Positions 1-22,178 of a DNA stretch of 64,000 bases are shown here, one piece after another. Origin of the DNA: Macrostomum lignano (taxonomy: Eukaryota); contig NIVC01001759.1 of NCBI GenBank assembly GCA_002269645.1, forward strand, positions 62,001 through 126,000, in the 5' to 3' direction. A program made the translations under genes and the position numbers. The notes under the pieces were generated by a model. The model searched no databases. It was not told where the DNA came from and was given only the letters and a program-made list of their open reading frames with translations. Positions within the stretch are counted from its first letter, which is position 1, and each line of letters starts with the position of its first letter.

Positions 1-1200
1 TAACAGAATAATGGGGAATTATAGTCTGGGAACTGAGCAGGCAAAGCCTGTTCAGAGCCAGTTAAAGCGGAATCAAGAGGCCCGTTGTGATGCTTCAAGC
101 TAACATTTTAAAAACTATAAGTGGCGAGGCGAAGCCAGTTCCGGCAGAGTTGATGAAGCCCGATGCGGGAGTCTGGGGATGGAGAAAAATTATTTATAAT
201 AGTTTTTATCCGCCATGCTTTTGTCCTTCGCTTTCTAAGCAAGCTTGAATGCTCAACGGAGAGTTGACGCACGCGAGCGAGTTGAGCATTGTCTGCTGTC
301 TGCAGGATCTCTCTGTGTGTTTTGCGCCTCCGAGCCCCTAGTTTCATGCATTCATTTCCGACATTCGAGACCACCCGCCGAGCTACTTCCTTGGCCTCTT
401 CATCTCGCTCGCCCAACTTTTCTACAGTGGTGGGAAACGCTGCACACGGGGACACGGAATTCCCTAAACTCCGTCAGGTGCTGCGTTGAGAACTCGCGGA
501 TAGTTCGTTAAAATAAACTCGCCTTTTTTGAGCCTATCGAAGCGTTGCGAAGATCTGAACCACTGCCACTCCTTCTTCTCCTTTTTTAGTGATCTTCCCA
601 TCTTCTCTTCCCGGCGAGATCCTGCCAGGTAGACAGGCTCAAGCCCAGTACCTCTGCTTTCTATTATTCCTTATGCAGCACATTACCAAGTCGGTGTATA
701 CCGCGCGACGGTGAGTCGACAGTTCGACAATGGATCGATATAGGCTGCGGGTTGGAAGGCAGCATGCTAACACATGGACAGAATGTACACTTAGTATCTG
801 CAGGCCTGGCCGGGTCGATACAGGTGCATCTGGCCTTGCTGGGGCTCTTTCTCTCTATTCAATAACGCCACTGTTGTCCCCCTACTCGGGGATCAATTCT
901 GCGCCAAGCTCTGCTCCCGCTCCCTGGGAGCTCCGCGAGCGCTGCTGATTTCTCAAGGCGGAACAAGCAGATTGCTGCGAAAGAAAGCCGGGGGTGGGTG
1001 GCCGCTCGGCCTTTTTTTGCTCCGCTTGTCACGAAATATTTCGTGCGCCAGCCGCCTTAGCCAACTTGCTGGGGCTGCTAGAAGTTGGCGGCTTTGCGGC
1101 CCGGCCTGTGAGCTTCCCTTCACGGACTTGCTGAAGGGTTCCCGCGGCTTCAGGCTGCTGCACTTTTAGAGATCAGCTGCAGTATCTGCCTGCCTGCGTG

Positions 1201-1575
<375 letters not shown>

Positions 1576-2582
1576 CTGCAATCTGTTAGCAGCAAGCAAA
1601 TCTCAACCAGTCGAAAGCAGCAGCAGCTTCATCAATTACCCCAGCAGCCGACCCAGAAAAAAGTCATGCAGGTCTACCACTCGGATCCCCCTTCCCGAGG
1701 CTCCGTCTCAGACTCGGATGGCGGAAGGCGGTGCCGCAGCCCAGCGGAGCATCTCCTTGATCAATGACTGTCATCCGCTCCTTTCCACTGGAAGGAAGCG
1801 AGCATTCGGGGCTGCCACGGACCCGGATGCCTTGAACCCCCCGTCCCCACCCGTGAGCTCACTGCTCCAGTTCCAGTCGGGAAGCGAAGACCCCAACCCG
1901 CCTCCAGCAGCAGCAGCAGCAGATGGGTGGCCCCAGGCAGACAGAATCTGGGACACCTGTTGCAGTTGCTGTTGCGGTAACAAATTTGTAAATCAGAAGA
2001 AATTCTCCGCCTTCCTGTCCCAGCGAAAGCGAAGTTGTGTCAGCCTAGCTGTAACAAACTGAACTCATATACGATTCTTATTTTATAAATTTCAAGCAGA
2101 TTTAAAGTTTAGCTTCAATCCGTGCAAAAAGGAGGCGGGGTTGAAGGCAGCAGCGCGCCATCCGATGAAGAACTCGATTGCGTGATCTGCGCCTCAGCCT
2201 CTGCTCGGGCTGGGCAATCGCTGCAGGAGGAGGGACAGAGGAAATGTCAGTCAAAAACTGCAGGAACGGGCAAATTAGCGAGCACGCCATGAGTTTAGGC
2301 AGGCATTGTGCGAGGGCTCTGAGCTAATTTAATTAAAAATCGCATTCAGAATCGGGGCCCTGACTCTGCCCCCCCCCCTCACTCCGTTGCCCGAAACCTG
2401 CGCCTGTCTCTCTTCTAGTGAATTTGAAAGCTTTAAGAAGATATTTATGCTAGTGTATTGTATGATTGAGCACAGTGAGTTGAGCTGATGACAATTTGAA
2501 TTATTTATGCCAACTTGAGTTTCACTTTTGCAATGAATTCTGATTGCGTATTTTAATCTTTTATCGGTTTAATCGGTATTAG

Positions 2583-3361
2583 TCTGTCATTAAATCATTT
2601 GTGTCTGTCATTAAGTCATTTGTGCCTGTCATTAAATCATTTGTGTCTGTCATTAAATCATTTGTGTCTGTCATTAAATCACCTGTGTCTGTCATTAAAT
2701 CATTTGTGTCTGTCATTAAATCATTTGTGCCTGTCATTAAATCATTTGTGTCTGTCATTAAATCATTTGTGTCTGTCATTAAATCACCTGTGTCTGTCAT
2801 TAAATCATTTGTGTCTGTCATTAAATCATTTGTGTCTGTCATTAAATCATTTGTGTCTGTCATTAAATCACCTGTGTCTGTCATTAAATCATTTGTGTCT
2901 GTCATTAAATCATTTGTGTCTGTCATTAAATCATTTGTGTCTGTCATTAAATCATTTGTGTCTGTCAGTAAATCATTTGTGTCTGTCATTAAATCATTTG
3001 TGTCTGTCATTAAATCATTCGTGTCTGTCAGTAGATCATTCGTGTCTGTCAGTAGATCATTCGTGTCTGTCAGTAGATCATTCGTGTCTGTCAGTAGATC
3101 ATTCGTGTCTGTCAGTAGATCATTCGTGTCTGTCAGTAGATCATTCGTGTCTGTCAGTAGATCATTCGTGTCTGTCAGTAGATCATTCGTGTCTGTCAGT
3201 AGATCATTCGTGTCTGTCAGTAGATCATTCGTGTCTGTCAGTAGATCATTCGTGTCTGTCAGTAGATCATTCGTGTCTGTCAGTAGATCATTCGTGTCTG
3301 TCAGTAGATCATTCGTGTCTGTCAGTAGATCATTCGTGTCTGTCAGTAGATCATTCGTGTC
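2583..3361. repeat. 21-bp minisatellite with two sub-domains (~37 units)
   Basis: tgtgtctgtcattaaatcatt switching to cgtgtctgtcagtagatcatt at ~3020. Confidence 0.97.
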
Positions 3362-3404
3362 CGCCAGTTGGCACCTGTCCTTAACCCCCGTACCCGTACC
3401 GCAG

Positions 3405-11805
<8,401 letters not shown>

Positions 11806-14626
11806 CAAAATCCCGCCATCCAGGCTGCTGCTGGGCCGCCACTGCCGCCGGCCGAGCCGCCTCTGTGAATGCAAATAATAGACACGAAATTTACAGACCT
11901 GAGAGAGATGGACTGGATTTGGGCTGCTAGGGTTTAAGGGGGGAGGGGATTGTAGGCTTGTTGGGAGAAAAGTTTTGGGACTCTCAATCGTTCTCTCAGC
12001 CCCGCCTCGTTCCGCCTTCTCCCCCTCTCCCCCTCGCCCCAGAGTGTTGCCAATGCCGCCTCTGCCAGACAGACAGACTGGCGACTTCCAGCCAATGCAT
12101 ATCTGAGCGCCGCCGCGGCTCATCCCCCCCCCCTCTAATTCACCTGTCAATCAATGCTGAGCAGGCTGGTGCAGCCTATTGGACAGACAGAGACAGGGCA
12201 GACAGACAAACCGCAAATCTGCCTTTGTAGTTAAAGTAAGCGCGAGTGTTATGTTAAGGCCGGTGTCGAACCCCTGATCTCTCTGCTGTTATTAAGCAAT
12301 TTCTGATTTTTCCCACTTAGCCAGCTAATTCTCTTGCTGCGGCGGGCGATAAACTGAGTCGAGGGGATTTAGCGAAAAAAAATGCATATGCGGATGAGCT
12401 GACAAGAAATGTATTGCGGAATTTCTCTAGATGATTAGCCGGTACAAAAGGAGAGCAGAGCTGAGTCGGCCTCCCCCAGCCTCCCGCCCGCATCTCTAAG
12501 CGTCTTCCCCTTCACTGTCGCCATGAAGGCGGCGGCGCGGCAGCAGCTGGGCAGCTCAGCTTTATCTTCATCACAGAGTGCCGCCCGAGACTGAGTGGTG
12601 CCAATCCGAGGGGGGGGGGGGTTGGGAGAGACTCAAGTTGAGGACAAGCATTCCACTTTTCTTTGCTCACTAAAAAACCCAAATCCTCAAACGCGGCAAA
12701 TGCGTTCTACTCCCAAGAAAACGGCAACTCTCGGAGTATTGAATAAGCCTGCCATGAAGCAGAAGGGCTCTGCACTTTGCAAGATAAAATTCACTAATAT
12801 ATTTCACCTTCTGGACTTGAAAATTTATTGCAAATTTGTTGATATTTGTTTCTGCTGAAAAAGCGGGAGCCATCCGTGGAAAGCGAGTCAAATCAACCAA
12901 GTAGTAGAAATTTTAATGACGCTGAAAGCAGAGATTTCAGAAGACACTTGAGTAAATTTCAATTTAGGCAGATACAAAAACACCTGCCAATTAAAAACAC
13001 TGCCCTTACAAGAAGCTATTCAAAATGATTTCTAATTACATTTTCAACGCATACTTGAGAGCGATTAGGAACAAAGTTTAGTAACTACCTGAGTTTATTG
13101 TTGTCACAAGCTACCTCCAGCAAAACTGCAGCCTATATTTATTATCTACATATATCAATGCAATTATTATAACCAGTTTTTTTATCTTGCCAATTATCTT
13201 TTTTTAATAAACTATCGATTCCTGCGATTGCTGAAGCTGTTCATGTCCCAGAAGAACATGTATATCTCCGTGTAATCAGTTGCAGTGACCTTCTTTGTCC
13301 ATTTTTGTTCTAGTTCAATAACGGATTTAAGCAGCTGTCAAAGCCGATTAGAAAATGCTATTTTTGCATGTTGAAACCAGAACTGTAACAATGCGTTTGA
13401 TACTACTATCATACACGTTAATAAGTAGTATTACGAGTTTACCCTATTCGACGGGAAAATTATCGAAATCATGACAAAAACTTGCTTGTTTGTCTGTCTG
13501 TCAGTCTACCAGCCCAGCTCTCCTTTCATTGCTGCCGTGTTTCATAAACCTTTCCTGAAAAACCAACCAATGGATCAATGGTGTCATAAATCAGATTTTC
13601 ATACTAAATGCGTGGGATGAATTAATAAGCGTTTTTTTAACATTATGCTCCTGTACAAATTATATTCACCAATGCTTGTTACCTGTCAGTCCTGCATAAC
13701 CGCTACCTGTCTTCTGCGCTTGCTTTCCAATTCAATTCGTGTCATTTTAGAATTTGATTTAAGCAATAAAGTAACCAGCAAGATACACTGTAAGAGTTGG
13801 CGTTTCCATAGCAACTGCCCTGTCGTGTAAGTCTGCTAGTGCATTGGATTCAGTTGTGCGCATACTTTTTTTAACTGTCTTCACTAACACGGCAAGATGA
13901 GTCAGAAAGACTCAGCACAGGCACAGCACTCGTACACTCGCTCACACAGGGTGTACAGCGGCCCTGACTTTCTGATCGTCAGACATGTACACTCTCTGTG
14001 CCTTGGGGGTTGGTCCTCGTGTGTGCGAACCGCCAAGACAACCCGTCCACCGCTGAGCCGCTCTGCCTGTAGTGGGTCAAAGGTCAAACTCAAATTCGAA
14101 TCGAATCAAATGCAAACGCTTCAAACTTTTCAATGTATCGAGTAGTGCCAGTAGTGAATACTGGCTCAGCACACAGAGGTCTGTATCAAATTATTTATTC
14201 AGATTTCGAACAACGTTGCTGCTAGGTCAGCTCATAAGTGCTGGTAAATAAGCGGTGCAGTGAAAATGTTTACAGTGACTAGAGAAGTTAGTTTACAGTC
14301 TTGAAAAAATCACAGTACAAAAATTTAAATATCAATACACACAAATTTGTGTAAAGAAATGCCTGCAGTCTCCAGCCGTGAAAAAAGGCTGATGCAGACA
14401 GGAGATACAGAAAAACTGTCATTGAAAGTGCTCGATCAATAGAAGCAGCTCGCAAGAAACATCAGATTCTAGGAATGATGTCCAAAAATTTTATTCTAGC
14501 TTTTTATTTTTTGTCATGCTGTGCGCATTTCTGAGTTTTGCTACTTTTAGCAGTATAAGTAGCGTTTGTTAGCGCAAAATGAAGGTCAATTAAATTCGAC
14601 AAAAGGACAGCAAAATTAAAGCGCCT

Positions 14627-14896
14627 CTACAACAGGCTGCACTTGATTTTGTGGCCGCCGCCGTTGCCACCGCCGCCTCCAGGACGCCGCAATCGGCCGA
14701 TCAAGAATCGTCGTTTCGAGGAATTGCCACCGCCTCGACCGGCCCCGGCGGCGACTCCGCTCGCGCCAGCGGATTCGTCGTTTCGTCTGTCGAGCTTTGC
14801 TTTGATGTCGCGAGCGATCTGCGTGAAAGCCTCCTGGACGCCTTGGCCGGTCTTGGCACTGCACTCGTAGAATCGCATTTGATTGTCCGCGGCGAA
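14627..14896 (-). CDS. RAB8: Rab8 exon 4 (270 nt)
   Basis: ctcccgcag|ttc gcc; [15 protein letters not shown]...HKIKCSLL-stop (CaaX). Confidence 0.93.
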   Translation of the reverse strand, partial: FAADNQMRFYECSAKTGQGVQEAFTQIARDIKAKLDRRNDESAGASGVAAGAGRGGGNSSKRRFLIGRLRRPGGGGGNGGGHKIKCSLL

Positions 14897-15022
14897 CTGC
14901 GGGAGTTGGGGGTAGCAGCAGCAGTAGTAGCAGTAGTAGTATTTGTAGTAGTAGTAGTATTTGTAGTAGTAGTAGTAGTAGTAGTAGTATTTGTAGTAGT
15001 AGTAGTAGTAGTAGTAGTATTT

Positions 15023-15092
<70 letters not shown>

Positions 15093-15099
15093 CAGCAGC

Positions 15100-15137
<38 letters not shown>

Positions 15138-16281
15138 CAGTAGTAGTAGTAGTAGTAGTAGCAGTAGTAGTAGTAGTACTAGTAGTAGTAGTAAAAGTAG
15201 TTGTAGAAGATGGCACCTATTATCTAAATAGAAAGTGAAAATGTACTTTCTCCCCGCGCTCCACTGAGACAGCTCGCTCATCGACCAAGTCACATTTATT
15301 TGCTAGCAACAGTTTTTCTACATCGCTACTAGCATGCTGATCAATGTTGCTAATCCACGTGCGAATGTTGTCAAATGATTCGGCGTCAGTGACGTCATAG
15401 ACCAGGACGATGCCCATTGCTCCACGATAATAAGCGGTGGTAATAGTTCGAAATCGCTCCTGACCAGCTGTGTCCCTATAGTACAGGTGGAGATTATACT
15501 ATTAAAGGCTATCTCAGAATGAAGAACCTACAATTAAAAGTTTTGATCTGCCTATATCCTGTACTCGTTTAAAATCATTTATCCTGCGAATTTTGTTATA
15601 ACAAACTTAAAGTTTGTAATGAAACTTCAATGAAACAATAAAGTTAGATAAATAAACAAAGAAACATAAAGATTAGAACTTACCAAACTTGAAGTTTCAC
15701 TTTCTTGCCATTGAGCTCAATGGTGCGCATTGTAAAGTCAATCCCTAAAATTGAAAAAAAAATGCAAAAAAGACTTATTGGCTAATCAAAATTTAGTCAT
15801 AAATTATAAAATAATGATTATACCATATAATACCTAAGATCTGCAAGTTCAAAAATTAGAAATTTAGTGAGGGAGCAAATCCTTGAGCTCATACTTAACA
15901 GAGGGCAGGGAGATACTGGCCTGTATTTTAAAAAGGCTGTTTCCATGATTGTTCTATTGCATATAGATAGTTATAAGAATAGATATTATGTCTTTATGAA
16001 GGTCTAAAATTATCAAGTCAAAAATATTCTGCAAAGATTCATTAATTTTTGTCAAAAATTTTGTCAAAACTCAGAAATTAGCTGTTTGAAAGTATAAAAA
16101 GGCTGAACCATTTTTTATTGAAAAAATAAATGACAAACTATGCTAGTTAACTCTTACCTATTGTAGCAATGAAGGACTGACTGAAATTGTTATTGGCAAA
16201 TCTAGTCAAAACACTGGTTTTTCCTACAGCACTGTCTCCAATCATCACAATTTTAAAAAGGTAATCGTAATTCTTTGACAT
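14627..16281 (-). CDS. RAB8: Rab8-family small GTPase, 227 aa; complement join(16281-16158,15744-15684,15475-15247,14896-14627)
   Basis: [22 protein letters not shown]...[45 protein letters not shown]...HASSDVEK...NKCD...ECSAK...ARDIKAKLD...CSLL-stop. All introns are GT-AG and the CDS is 684 nt. Cumulative exon ends at 124, 185 and 414 nt coincide with RAB8A intron positions as I recall them. Confidence 0.95.
14912..15205. repeat. (GTA)n trinucleotide repeat filling Rab8 intron 3
   Basis: Direct reading. Confidence 0.98.
15247..15475 (-). CDS. RAB8: Rab8 exon 3 (229 nt)
   Basis: tatag|g gac aca ... gag aaa|gtacat; [21 protein letters not shown]...NKCD...ERGEK. Confidence 0.95.
15684..15744 (-). 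CDS. RAB8: Rab8 exon 2 (61 nt)
   Basis: ttttag|gg att gac ... gtt tg|gtaagt; [21 protein letters not shown]. Confidence 0.93.
16158..16281 (-). CDS. RAB8: Rab8 exon 1 (124 nt, absent from ORF track)
   Basis: ATG at 16281; [41 protein letters not shown] g|gtaaga. Confidence 0.93.
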
Positions 16282-17360
16282 TTTGAATCTTAAACAACAT
16301 CAGCATTCCATGGGGAAAATTTATTAAACTAACTCAAGTAAGCAGAAACAGACGGATAGCAAATATAATGCAAGAGAAGAAATATTACTATTATTCTACA
16401 TAACTAAAGAACCAAAACTACTTGCGTAAAACTCTTAACTTTGGCATATCAAGCTAAGCAAAACCTAAATTTGAAGCGTCTAGTTTCAGATAGAAATTAT
16501 AGAATCAATCAATCAATCAATATCGAATTTGTTCGTCGAGCTTAAAAAACAACGAAAGTTTCAACACTTAATAGTGACACTGTCAACATTTACAGTAAGT
16601 AATGTTCTATTATAAAACTATAAAAAAACAATGTGTTCTATTTTTAAGCAATTATTAATAATAGTTAATGACAAAGAGGTGCTTTAGTATTGTTCTTGCT
16701 CTGTACGTTTGTTAGTTTTTTAATTTTCTGAAAAGTCTGCGAACAGATGAATTTCCGTATAATCACTATTTTTTTTATAACAAAATCAGAAATTGCAACA
16801 ATAAAAGTCCAGAATTAAAGAAAGAGGTGCTGTTAAAAAAGCTAATCAAACTGGAAATAAATTACAATTAACTTAGCTTTGCAGCAGCGGCAAGTTTAAG
16901 TTGAATTCAGTTCAGCAACCTAATCCCTTGTAGTAGTACTAGACTACTAGATTTCGTTTTACCTATCAATATTATCTATCATCTGACTATCTATAGCATT
17001 TATCAACGCCACCAAGCTTCCAAGGATTTTTATGGCTGATAACGGGTAAATTAAATTAATGTAAATAGTGTTGCAACTAATTTATTTATACCAGTGACAG
17101 AATTTGCTAATAATGCTTACTTACTTATACTATGACAATTTTCAATAAGGCTTAGTCTTAGACAACACAACATCACCTACAAGAAAAGCCTAGTAATGAA
17201 TAATAGTTTTTTTGGTGACATCCATTTTGGTGACAGTTTACTTTAGTGCCAGATGTGTATGGTGCATTTTATGTCTATAGTATTATTTAAAGTTTTAATT
17301 TATTTTTTACTTTTAAAGATGATTGAAAATTTAAGCCTATGGGCTATGCAAATTTGTATA

Positions 17361-17383
17361 TCTCTACCTATAAAAATCAAAAC

Positions 17384-17424
<41 letters not shown>

Positions 17425-18000
17425 AGACAAATTACTTTGCTATGGACTCCCAAACCACTCAACCAAACGACACCAAACTTTACACCCACCCTAAACTTAC
17501 TACGGAGAATGTCTTAGGCTACCTTAAAATTTCCTAAATTTGAGTCTTCCTACCTAAAAGTGCAAAAAACTGCTCAAAATGCGCGATTTTTTCACTAAAT
17601 CCTCCATAGTGCCGCTCCACTTCTACCGATTCTCTTCAAATTTCACACAGATAATCTTTAACTATTTTGAAACAATCATGTAAAATTTCGAATCTCAAAG
17701 TTAATCCTGAACGGTGCTGTGCACTTTTAAAGTTAGGCTGTTTTTTCAGCATAGCAACCACCCCAACCTCCGCCCGCCTGCCTCTCTTTCTTGAACTGGG
17801 CCCAGATGTGTAAAAGGGGTTTCAAAATTGACTAACTTTCAGCTGCCATAAGTTTGCTCTACGTAAAGCAATTGACTTCAAACTTGACACAATTCTTCAT
17901 TGACTCATTCTCTGCCAAAATGTAAAATTTCAACTCTGTAACCCAATCAGAACAGAAACTGTAAGCACGTGAAGTTTGTCTGCTTTTTCTGTTGTTTGTG
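17361..18000 (+). mobile_element. Non-autonomous Helitron-like element, 5' portion
   Basis: A|TC start (tata|tctctacctataaaaatc) followed by a (CTGT)n tract and aaccactcaaccaaacgacaccaaacttt / accgattctcttcaaatttcacac motifs, the layout typical of microsatellite-bearing non-autonomous Helitrons. Confidence 0.5.
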
Positions 18001-18599
18001 CCACTCACTCACTCATTCCCCCAGAGCCAGACCAAGGGTCAGGCAATAGGACTGAATGTACATAGCAAATGTACAGTGTTTTGGAATAGCTTTCTTTATA
18101 TCCTCTTTGCACCCCCGTGGAGGCTACGTTTAGCCACAACAGTTTAATGAGAAATTCTAACCACTGCCCTCACCTCTGTATTGGCAAACTCTGCAGCAGT
18201 TTAACAGAGGATGGCAATTGGCAAATCAAGGCAATCTGGCATGGTTTGTGAAAGTGAAAGATTTATGAAAAGGCGATGCAATGCAATACAACCCTACTAA
18301 ATTAGGCACACCATGGAAATTTTAGGTTTCTCTTAAAAGTACTTTAAATTTTAAATGTCCTCCTAAGAAATGCGTATTTCCTTGATTGTTAGACTGATGC
18401 AGACTGCAGTGGAGCTGAAAATACACAAATTCCTTTCAGGGCTGCAAATTGGCAAGAAAGATGACATGATCAAAGCATGAGAACAGCCATGAGAGTACTA
18501 CGTCCCACAAACTGGCTTTCCAAGCAGGAATGGGCAGATTTTTACTTCAAAAGCCAGATAAAGAATCCAGCTTATGTGCGGGCCAGATGAGAGTGGAAA

Positions 18600-19985
<1,386 letters not shown>

Positions 19986-20237
19986 AATTTTAAAGGATCC
20001 AAGGGACGTAGGGAGAGTTAGGGAGAGGCCAGAGTTTGCCAATACATGTTTTAGAGTCAGACAGACATTTTGCCTGACATTCTGCGCAGTACCCCAGCCA
20101 ACAGTATCAATTTTTTCCTCAAATCCTAATTTTACACGAATGTGCTCCATTTTATGTCTACCTCTACTCTATCCTACTAACTATTAACAAGTTTTTTTGT
20201 GTATGGCCTTAGATTTCAGAATACATGCAAAAGTAAA

Positions 20238-20291
20238 GTTCCGGGTATTGGAATTCCCCGGGTTCAAAATCCGTAGGTTTCAACAGCTTGT
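20238..20291 (+). mobile_element. Helitron-like 3' end (hairpin + CTAG-like terminus)
   Basis: ccgggtattggaattccccgggttcaaaatccgtaggtttcaacagcttg|t; a near-identical copy lies at ~52090-52151. Confidence 0.45.
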
Positions 20292-21014
20292 ATATTATAT
20301 ATATTACTACTATATTTATAGTCTAAATCATACTATTATGGCAGGTGTATATCAGAATAAAATTTAATAAAGTAATGCTTATATGCCAACTTCTTAATTA
20401 GTTGCAAGTTGCATATGTTATTAATAGGTCCTACTGAACCTATTACTGAACTGAACTGAACTGAACTGAACTGAACTGATTACTAAACTGAAATTTCATG
20501 CGCAACTTTTTGTAGGCTTTTCCATACAAAGTTTTCATAAAAACTGAGAGTTTTTAATCATTTTCTTTACTCTGTAGGCAGTACTCTGTGACTGCTTTAA
20601 AATGCAATAATTTTGTTTTACTATAACAAGGCAACACACACAAAAGAATGCATTTTCTTCTATTTAAATGTGATATAATAAGAAAGTATAGTAAGTATTA
20701 GCTAGATGCTTCAGAAAATGCAATATAAAGCATGCTTTATCCCATCTAGGGCCACCAAGTTTAAAAGATTTTGCTAGGACTAGGCTAGGCAGTTGGTATA
20801 TGGGTGCATATGCACAAGCTTTTTTAGATTTCAAATGAAATTATGCTGCATTTCTCAGCGCAATAGATGAAATTTATATGAGCAGCTGTAGACAGTCGGC
20901 CACTCAAAAATAAGTCTCTTAAATTTTAATTTGTCATCCATGGTCAGAGCAGGGCATGTAATCAACTCAATTGCAGTCATACGATACCAACATTCAAGAG
21001 AAGTGTAATATATT

Positions 21015-22178
21015 TATGAGGGGCATCCAAAAATTTGTAGCAACTGGTCAACTATTAAAAATCAGTAACTGCAAAGAACAACTGAACATGTTACAATCCT
21101 TCAATGTAGTCTCCCCCTCTCTCAATGCACTTTTGGTGCCACCGAATCCATGCTTCAAATGCGCCATGGTACTCAGAAGCAGGTATGTCCTTCAACTCTG
21201 AATTGATGCACTTAGCTGGGTCTTGGCATCGGTGAAAATTCCATCCTGCCAGCCGTTCAGTCAGCTTGGTGAACACCCAGAAGTTGCAGGGAGCCAAATC
21301 AGGACTGTAGGGTGGATGGCTGATGGTCTTGATGTTGTTGGCTACCAGAAAGTTGGTCATCAGGGCCGCTGTGTGACTGGACACATTGTCATGTAGCAGG
21401 TGAACTCACCCATCTTGAAGCCATGAGGGCTAAGTTGCGTGAAGTGACGCCATGACTTGTGGCAGAACCGTACCGGAGTAGAAGCTGGCGTTCACATTCT
21501 ATCCATTAGGCACCATGATGACAGCCACGGGCCCAGATGTGCTGATGAAGATGACAAACATCTTCCAGGACCAAAAGCTGGACCATAGGACAGTTGGCCT
21601 CGCGTCTCCCAAGCCCACCCAGGCCTTGTTCTACATCTTCTGGGGCATTTGAAAATAAAAAAACCATTTCTCATCACCTGTAACAATGTTAGAAAGCCTC
21701 TGGCTGCCTCCTAGACTGAAGTTGTGCAGGAATTCCTGGCTGCACCGCACCCTCTTCCTCTTCTGCTCTTCTATCAGGAGATGGGGCACCCAGCGGGCGA
21801 TGACCTTGTGGAGGCCCAGGTGGCTATGCAGAATGGTGTGCGCACTGCCATCAGAAATACTGATAGTCTCGCTAATCACAGCAATGGTAATGTTTGGATC
21901 CTCATCTACCAGAGCCCTAGCAGCAGCAATATTGGCTTTGGTCACAGCTATGCTGGGTTGTCCAGACTAGGGGTTGTCATTCAAAGAGGCCTATCTGGCA
22001 TTGATGGACTCTATCTACCTGGCGACTTGTGAAATTTTTGCTGCATTTCAATGCGACTTTTTGAATAAATTGTATGTATGCAGATGTAACGAACAATAGA
22101 GTAATGAAAAAAGCAGAGTGTGGAAAGAAGCACATTGAAATATATGCGCAAAGTATGCTTTTTTAATGACTATTCATA
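21015..22178 (-). mobile_element. Decayed mariner (Tc1/mariner D,D34D-type) transposon
   Basis: One reading frame carries WVPHLL, IVTGDEKW, LLHDN, HPPYSPDLAPCNF and CIERGGDYIEG, interrupted by at least 5 stops. Left end is TA+tgaggggcatccaaaaa (21015). The right end is only weakly similar (ttttaatgactattca+TA, 22178) and is uncertain. Confidence 0.88.
21091..21990 (-). pseudogene. Mariner transposase pseudogene (D,D34N)
   Basis: ORF fragments 21631-21945, 21091-21384 and the intervening region are co-linear in one frame; the third catalytic residue reads N, 34 residues after the D of HDN. Confidence 0.88.

Noticed and set aside
108-463. Minus-strand helical-looking frame (…LGERDEEAKEVARR…THREILQTAD…) as a nested exon
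   Set aside because: Weak splice signals, no recognisable family and no partner exon in the window; cannot be supported.
14616-15293. Poly-Leu, poly-Thr and poly-Val ORFs
   Set aside because: (GTA)n intron of Rab8; removed by GT-AG splicing that restores a canonical Rab.
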